64,000 nucleotides of DNA from Trueperaceae bacterium. Its GTDB lineage: Bacteria > Deinococcota > Deinococci > Deinococcales > Trueperaceae. The notes under the pieces were generated by a model. It was not told where the DNA came from and searched no databases. It was given only the letters and a program-made list of their open reading frames with translations. The translations under genes and the position numbers were made by a program. This document shows, piece after piece, positions 58,372 to 64,000 of this stretch; the first letter of the stretch is position 1; every line of letters begins with the position of its first letter. The DNA lies in assembly GCA_965215565.1 (NCBI GenBank), contig CBDCDZ010000004.1:2592001-2656000 (forward strand), given 5' to 3'.

Positions 58372-59797
58372 AACTGACCACCTCCTCGTAGGATATAGGG
58401 GTGTGAAGTTCGTGGGCAACTTTACCGTCGCGGAAGACCAGGATGCGGTCACAGAGCCCGATGAGTTCTTCGGTATCGCTCGAGGACACCACGAGCCCCA
58501 GTCCATCTTTCGCAAGTTCATCAATCACGTCGTAGATTTCGCTGCGCGCGCCCACGTCGACACCTCTTGTGGGCTCCTCGAGCAGCAGCAAACGCGGCTC
58601 CGTTGCCAGCGCCTTGCCAACGACGACCTTCTGTTGGTTGCCGCCGGAAAGTTCTGAAACGAGCTTATCCGGCTCCGGTGGACGCAAGCCGAGTCGCTCA
58701 ATCCACCTTTTCGCCTCCTCTCGCTCCTGTCCACGCTGCAAAAAGCCTGCCCGCTGAATGCGCTGCAAGATGGCGAGCGTCAGGTTTTCCTGCACCGAAC
58801 GTTGGGTCACGAGCCCTTGCGACTTCCTATCACCCGGCACGAAGAAGAGCCCGTCATCAATCGCCTCTTTAGGCGAGCCCACCGCGTCCCCGTTCAGCGT
58901 CGCGTTGCCCTCTTCGCCGAAGAGCACGCCCAATACGCGCCCGCGCCCCGAGCCGACGACGCCAGCCAGCCCAACGATTTCACCCCGCTTGACTTCGATG
59001 TCGCCGCGCTCTAAACCTTCCGCTTCAAAGGTGAACGTTGCTAATACCTCTTCTTCCGCGCTGCTCTCGCGGCTGTAGCGCTTCACGTCTCGCCCAACCA
59101 TTGCCCGCACCACTTCATCAGGCTCGACCTCATCCGTACGGTGCGTCGCCACCCACGCGCCGTCACGCAAAACCGTCACGCGGTCCGCGATATCAAAAAT
59201 CTCTTCTAGCCGGTGGCTGATGTAGATGAGGCTCGTGCCGCCCTCTCTAAGCTTGCGCACAATGCTGAAAAGCCGCTGCGTCTCGCCCGAGGAGAGCGCG
59301 GCGGTGGGCTCGTCCAGGATGAGGATGCGCCCTTCTCTCGCCACCGCCTTGGCGATTTCGATGAGTTGCTGCTCGCCGACGCTCAAGGAATTCACGGACG
59401 CCGCCGGGTTCACATTTAGCTCGACCTCTTCCAAAAGAGGTTTCGCCCGCTCGCGCATCTCACTGTGACGCACGAAGGGCGAGAGCCGTCCTAAAAAGAG
59501 GTTTTCCGCAACGGACAAGTGCGGCACGAGCGCGAGTTCTTGGTAGACCATCGCCACACCGTGCGACTGCGCCTCGGAAACGCTGCCAAAAGAGACCTCT
59601 TCACCGTTTAGCTTGAGCTTGCCCGAAGTCGGACGCTGCGCGCCCGCCAAAATCTTCATCAGCGTGCTTTTACCCGCGCCGTTTTCGCCCACGAGCGCGT
59701 GGACTTCGCCCTTTTCTAAGCTGAAGTTCACCTTTTCAAGCGCCACGACTGCGCCAAAATGCTTGCTGATACTTTGCATCTCGAGCATCACACCCAC
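58352..59797 (-). CDS. rbsA: Ribose ABC transporter ATP-binding protein
   Basis: GENGAGKST, LDEPT, LSGGNQQK, two NBDs. Confidence 0.92.
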   Translation of the reverse strand: MGVMLEMQSISKHFGAVVALEKVNFSLEKGEVHALVGENGAGKSTLMKILAGAQRPTSGKLKLNGEEVSFGSVSEAQSHGVAMVYQELALVPHLSVAENLFLGRLSPFVRHSEMRERAKPLLEEVELNVNPAASVNSLSVGEQQLIEIAKAVAREGRILILDEPTAALSSGETQRLFSIVRKLREGGTSLIYISHRLEEIFDIADRVTVLRDGAWVATHRTDEVEPDEVVRAMVGRDVKRYSRESSAEEEVLATFTFEAEGLERGDIEVKRGEIVGLAGVVGSGRGRVLGVLFGEEGNATLNGDAVGSPKEAIDDGLFFVPGDRKSQGLVTQRSVQENLTLAILQRIQRAGFLQRGQEREEAKRWIERLGLRPPEPDKLVSELSGGNQQKVVVGKALATEPRLLLLEEPTRGVDVGARSEIYDVIDELAKDGLGLVVSSSDTEELIGLCDRILVFRDGKVAHELHTPISYEEVVSYVTGAR

Positions 59798-59823
59798 GTC
59801 CCCTCCTCTCGAGCTTCAACCTT

Positions 59824-59980
59824 TAGCAGGTATCATCTGGTTTGAGACACGCTCACCGTACAAAACGGTGTTTCCTATGGAAAACTGCGTAACTAACACG
59901 CACATTATGAGATGAAATCCCGCTAGTCCTTGCGGACAGAGACCTGCGACATTTTGTCTCAGTATGTCTTGGAACTGCTT
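59824..59980 (+). mobile_element. Repeat family A copy
   Basis: TAGCAGGTATCATCTGG...GTCTCAGTATGTCTTGGAACTGCT. Confidence 0.85.
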
Positions 59981-60098
59981 CTTGATGACGACTACGCTAT
60001 CTCGCACCGCCTTACGTCCTAACTTGGTGAATTTGAATGGAGTCTAACAGAAAACGTGCTAGAGGATGGACGACGAATCGTGCTCTACAAACCACGCT

Positions 60099-61223
60099 TT
60101 ATAGTCCACGCATGGTGAACATGTGCGCGAACACGCGCTTAGCAGGTGTTCGCAAAATGCCACGTAACCCAAAATCTCGGAGCGGCGCGAGCTTCGTCCC
60201 GCGTCCCATTATGGTGTTGAATTCGGCGCGAAGAATCGCAGCTTTGGCGGCGCGGCGGCGGGTCTGGCTGTAGCGTTCTAAAGAGGTCTCGAGCCCTTCG
60301 GTCTCGAGCGCGTCTGCTAACGCCCAAGCGTCCAACCAGCCCAAGTTCATCCCCTGTCCACCAATCGGGCTCACCACGTGCGCCGCGTCCCCTGCTATTG
60401 CGATTCGCCCTGCGGCGAACCTCTTCGCCAAGTACCGCTCCACGCCGAACGCGCTCAGCATGGTGTTCGTTTCAGTGGGGACCTCAACGCCTAACCTCTT
60501 ACGTACGGCGTCCGTCAAATCTTCCGGTGTAGGACTTTCTAATAGGTGCGGCATCTTTACGACCCAGCGCCGCACCTCATTCGGCAAGGGAAACGATTCG
60601 ATGATGCCGTCCGGGGTCAAGTAGAGCGCCGCGTGAGACCCTAAATCCGTGAGGTCAGCGAAGTCGCCCATGAGGTAGGTGTCGGGGTAGCGCCCGCCCT
60701 TAAAAGGAATCTTCGCTGCTCCTCGCACCACGCTGTTTTTGCCGTCGCAGCCGATGACGGATAGGGCTTTCAAGATTCGCCTTTCCCCGTCAAGTTCGCA
60801 CGTCACCTCGGCGTAGTCTCCTCTATCTCGAACGTTCAGGACGTTCGTCCGCCGCCACAGCGCACCGGGGCGAAGCGTACAGAGGTGAGTTTCTAAAAGG
60901 TTCTCCGTCACGTACTGCGGTAACGTGAGGACGAACGTGTACGGCTCCGGGCAGAGTGAAAAGTCGAGTTCGCCCAAAGGTTTAGAGCAGCCGAACGCGA
61001 GTCCTTTTTTGACCTTGACCCCTTCTGCTAAGAGGTCAGCCACCAGCCCAAGTTCCTCGAACCTCTCCAAAGATGGCGGATGAATCCCGATGGAGCGCGA
61101 GTGCTGCAAGGGCTCCGCGTGCTTTTCTAAAACGATAAAGCGGAGCCCCAACTGCGCCAAACGGCACCCCAAAAAGAGCCCGACAGGTCCGCCCCCGACG
61201 ATGACCGCGTCAAGCATCGCCAT
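60099..61223 (-). CDS. FAD-dependent monooxygenase
   Basis: GGGPVG, GCDG, GDAAH, GGQGMN. Confidence 0.9.
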   Translation of the reverse strand: MAMLDAVIVGGGPVGLFLGCRLAQLGLRFIVLEKHAEPLQHSRSIGIHPPSLERFEELGLVADLLAEGVKVKKGLAFGCSKPLGELDFSLCPEPYTFVLTLPQYVTENLLETHLCTLRPGALWRRTNVLNVRDRGDYAEVTCELDGERRILKALSVIGCDGKNSVVRGAAKIPFKGGRYPDTYLMGDFADLTDLGSHAALYLTPDGIIESFPLPNEVRRWVVKMPHLLESPTPEDLTDAVRKRLGVEVPTETNTMLSAFGVERYLAKRFAAGRIAIAGDAAHVVSPIGGQGMNLGWLDAWALADALETEGLETSLERYSQTRRRAAKAAILRAEFNTIMGRGTKLAPLRDFGLRGILRTPAKRVFAHMFTMRGL

Positions 61224-61920
61224 CTCGAATCAGCAAGAGGTGAAAGGGAAACGTGCGTTCGGCGCGCCAGCCTTGCGTTTCGGTACCTTGTACAACCTCT
61301 TGTAACTCATCCCTCGTGAAGCTCCGCCGGATGGAGATGAGCCCGTCGTGTGCGATAAACGAGCGGTGAAAAAAGGGTAGGGCGAGCGCGGCAAAGCCCG
61401 CGTAGGCGAAGTCAGCGCGTTCTAAGTCTTTGTGGACGACGGGACCCCGGCTGAGCTTCGCGCTCTCGCGGCAGATAGTTTGGACCTCTTCCGCCGAGAG
61501 GTGATGTAGAAGGTGGTTCGAGGTCACGAGGTCGAAGGTCTCCCCTGCTCGCAAGAGGTCAGTCGTCGAGACGCACCGAAAGGTGACGTTTTCGGGATGA
61601 GGTTGTGACCGTGCGTAAGAGATAGCGCGCTCGTCCGGGTCGATTGCGGTAATCGTCAGATTGATTCTGTCCCTTGCCGCCCACTTCGCCACCCTTCTCG
61701 GAATGTCACCCCCACCCGAGCCAACGTCTAAGAGGTGTGTATGGCTTCTAGTAGCGGCGAAAGGCAGGATGAAGCGCCTGTAAACCTTGTCCCAGCCCGA
61801 TACCAAAGCGTTGACCGCACCGAACTGCGCGTAAGTGTTGCGCAGCTTTTCCGGGTCACACTCGGAGTCGTCCATCTTCTCGCGCAAGTCCGTCTCGCGC
61901 TGTCGCAAAAAAAGTGGCAT
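61210..61920 (-). CDS. Class I SAM-dependent methyltransferase
   Basis: EKMDD, LDVGSGGGD, SNHLLHH, DGLISIRRS. Confidence 0.9.
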   Translation of the reverse strand: MPLFLRQRETDLREKMDDSECDPEKLRNTYAQFGAVNALVSGWDKVYRRFILPFAATRSHTHLLDVGSGGGDIPRRVAKWAARDRINLTITAIDPDERAISYARSQPHPENVTFRCVSTTDLLRAGETFDLVTSNHLLHHLSAEEVQTICRESAKLSRGPVVHKDLERADFAYAGFAALALPFFHRSFIAHDGLISIRRSFTRDELQEVVQGTETQGWRAERTFPFHLLLIRDGDA

Positions 61921-62044
61921 CAGGTGACGAAGCGGTTAGCCAAAGCTTTTAGCTAACGGCTGATAGCCCTATCGGTAGTGGTCCTAAACCGAACGCCACC
62001 GTGTGATCCTTCTGCTGTCTCCACGTGACGAACGACACGTGATA

Positions 62045-62069
62045 AACAAGGGATTGCAACCCCTTGCTT
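62045..62069. repeat. REP-like palindrome (variant)
   Basis: AACAAGGGATTGCAACCCCTTGCTT. Confidence 0.7.
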
Positions 62070-62128
62070 CAGGGCCCGTGTCATTCCAGATAAAGCCACT
62101 ACCGCCCCATCTACTAAAGACCCAACCT

Positions 62129-63220
62129 CTAACACGCTGTAAATAGCCCACTCTCCACCGTCAAGCCGGGACCGAACGCCATCGCGCAGACTGACTCTCT
62201 AGGCTGCGCGCGCCGCATAATCTCTTTGAGGACGAAGAGCACGGTGGCGCTACTCATGTTGCCGTAGTCGTGCAGGGTTTGTCTCGAGGGCGTAAGCTGA
62301 CCCTCGCTCAGCGACAACCCCTTTTGAATCTTGTCCAAAATGGCGCGTCCACCTGGGTGAATCGCCCAGTGCTGCACTTCGTCCGGTGTTCTGCCGAGAG
62401 AGGCAAAAAGCGGCGTGAGCGCAGCTTCTAAGTTAGCCTCCAAGATGTTCGGCACGTAGCTCGAGAGCACAATATCGAAGCCGTTGTCCCCTACCGTCCA
62501 CGCCATGTCCGCTTCGCCCGTGGGGGTCAGCGTGGTCTCGAGTTGCGACAGCTCCAGCACCCGCTTATCCTCTCGCGGACGCCTCGCGCTCACGAGTGCG
62601 CCCGCCGCCCCGTCCGCGAAGACCGACGCCGAGAGCATCCGGTCCATATCCGCGCCGAGTTGGAGGTGCAGCGTGCAGAGTTCTAAGCAGACGATCAAAA
62701 CCACCGCGTTCGGGTCCGCCTCACAGAACGCCCGTGCCATCTTGAGGGCTGGAAACGCCGCATAGCAGCCCATAAAGCCGACGTGAAAGCGCTGCACGCT
62801 CGGGCGCAAGCAGAGGTCTTTGACGACAAAGAAGTCCGGTCCGGGCGCGAAAAAGCCTGTGCACGACACGGTGATGACGTGCGTAACGTCGTCGGCACTA
62901 AAGTCCGAAGCGTTCAAAACCTTTCTCGCTACGTCCGTATAGAGAGGTTTCGACGCCTCCGCGTAGAGGTCGTTACGCACCTTCGTCGAGGGCGACTTAA
63001 AGGCGTTGGTCGCCGGATTATAGAAGAGCCCTTCGGTTGCATCTTCCGTAAAGTCGTGGACGACGCTGTGACGCTTCGAGATGCCCGACTGCGAATAGAG
63101 TCTGTGGATAAGCCGCTGCGTCAACCTGTCGTCCGTGCTCGCTTTAAGCGCGTCCCTTGCTCTGTCTTGCAGAAAGTAGTTTTCGGGAACAGCCGTTTCG
63201 ATGGTATGAATCAAGGTCAT
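62129..63220 (-). CDS. Type III polyketide synthase
   Basis: Catalytic triad GFMGC, IHPGG, GNMSS; AFGPG. Confidence 0.93.
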   Translation of the reverse strand: MTLIHTIETAVPENYFLQDRARDALKASTDDRLTQRLIHRLYSQSGISKRHSVVHDFTEDATEGLFYNPATNAFKSPSTKVRNDLYAEASKPLYTDVARKVLNASDFSADDVTHVITVSCTGFFAPGPDFFVVKDLCLRPSVQRFHVGFMGCYAAFPALKMARAFCEADPNAVVLIVCLELCTLHLQLGADMDRMLSASVFADGAAGALVSARRPREDKRVLELSQLETTLTPTGEADMAWTVGDNGFDIVLSSYVPNILEANLEAALTPLFASLGRTPDEVQHWAIHPGGRAILDKIQKGLSLSEGQLTPSRQTLHDYGNMSSATVLFVLKEIMRRAQPRESVCAMAFGPGLTVESGLFTAC

Positions 63221-63406
63221 AGGTTCCTCTTCTCAACTTTAAGCCGCCTGCGCGTGACGCTTATGAGCCCTAGCGCACGGTGCGAAGGGTGATAGGCTCA
63301 GTGTAGTTCAAAAACCGACGAGCAGGAACGCAGCATATGACGCTTGCGTTAAGCTTTGAGGTATAGGCTGCTGTACTCGTATGTGAATTCGAAAGAGGAG
63401 GGCAAG

Positions 63407-64000
63407 ATGGCACTTATATCCACCAACCCAGCTACCGGCGAAGAGGTCGCGCGCTTTGAAGAGATGTCTTCAGACGAGGTTAAAGACATCACCGAACGCG
63501 CCTACGAAACGCACCGGGCGTGGCGCGAGGTAAGTTTTGAAGAGCGGGCGAAACGTTTGAACGAGGCGGCAAAGATTTTGCGCGACGAAACCGAAGACTT
63601 CGCGCAGATTATCACACGGGAGATGGGCAAGCCGATCTCGCAAGCGCGCGCCGAGGTCAAGAAGTGCGCGGGTGCCTTCGACTACTACGCATCGAACGGC
63701 GCGGCGCACCTAACGCCCGAAACCATCGAAACCGACGCGAGCAAGAGCTACGTCACCTACCAGCCGCTCGGCGTTGTCTTAGCCATCATGCCCTGGAACT
63801 TCCCCTTCTGGCAGGCTGTGCGCTTCGCCGCGCCAACCCTCATGGCGGGCAACGCGGGGCTTCTCAAACACGCGGAGAACGTGACGGGCTGCGCCCTGGC
63901 ACTCGAGGACGTGATGAAGCGCGCCGGGTTTCCCGAAGGTTTATTTCGCACGCTGCTCGTGCAAGTCGAAGAGGTCGAGAAGATTTTGGACAACCCCAAG
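63407..64000 (+). CDS. NAD(P)-dependent succinate-semialdehyde dehydrogenase-like (3' end outside window)
   Basis: Manual translation MALISTNPATGE...EMGKP...PLGVVLAIMPWNFPFWQ...LLKHA; GAGGAG RBS. Confidence 0.9.
   Translation, partial: MALISTNPATGEEVARFEEMSSDEVKDITERAYETHRAWREVSFEERAKRLNEAAKILRDETEDFAQIITREMGKPISQARAEVKKCAGAFDYYASNGAAHLTPETIETDASKSYVTYQPLGVVLAIMPWNFPFWQAVRFAAPTLMAGNAGLLKHAENVTGCALALEDVMKRAGFPEGLFRTLLVQVEEVEKILDNPK

Noticed and set aside
7529..59980. Family A as integron attC sites
   Set aside because: No RYYYAAC/GTTRRRY ends, no integrase, mixed orientation, and copies lie among housekeeping genes
20275..60007. Small ORFs sharing HLKMCV/NQMIPA-like peptides (20275-20466, 36584-36766, 48528-48755, 59816-60007)
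   Set aside because: Translations of repeat family A with unrelated starts and stops and no consistent RBS

Overview
A GC-rich bacterial chromosomal segment, most likely Deinococcota (Trueperaceae-like). This is inferred from the yceD-rpmF-fabH-fabD-fabG-acpP-fabF order without plsX, the many apparently leaderless genes and the Uma2 paralogs. Housekeeping content: peroxiredoxin, ispF, acs plus an acetate symporter pair, a Trk/Ktr potassium cluster with tandem trkH paralogs, lnt, trxA, tRNA-Val(CAC), the fab operon, a deoxyhypusine-synthase-like polyamine enzyme, menC/NSAR, amino-acid and ribose ABC systems, and a type III PKS-methyltransferase-monooxygenase trio. Accessory parts: (i) a Uma2/Uma2/DUF433-DUF5615/DpnI-like block built from ~40-bp direct repeats; (ii) a ~13.5-kb tRNA-adjacent region with a secreted vanadium-haloperoxidase-like protein, a secreted unknown protein, Crp and AraC regulators, two STAND-ATPase/TPR regulators and a motif-degenerate PGI, followed by a degenerate Dps-like ORF. 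The most notable non-coding signals are a structured 5' leader of the deoxyhypusine-synthase-like gene with a visible two-state anti-SD switch (riboswitch candidate) and a dense, nested set of dispersed repeats: about 11 copies of a ~110-160 bp TA-flanked element with a covarying stem, ~21-25 nt micro-insertions, REP palindromes and heptamer repeats. No CRISPR array, integrase or transposase was found. All calls come from reading the sequence by eye; no database search was run.
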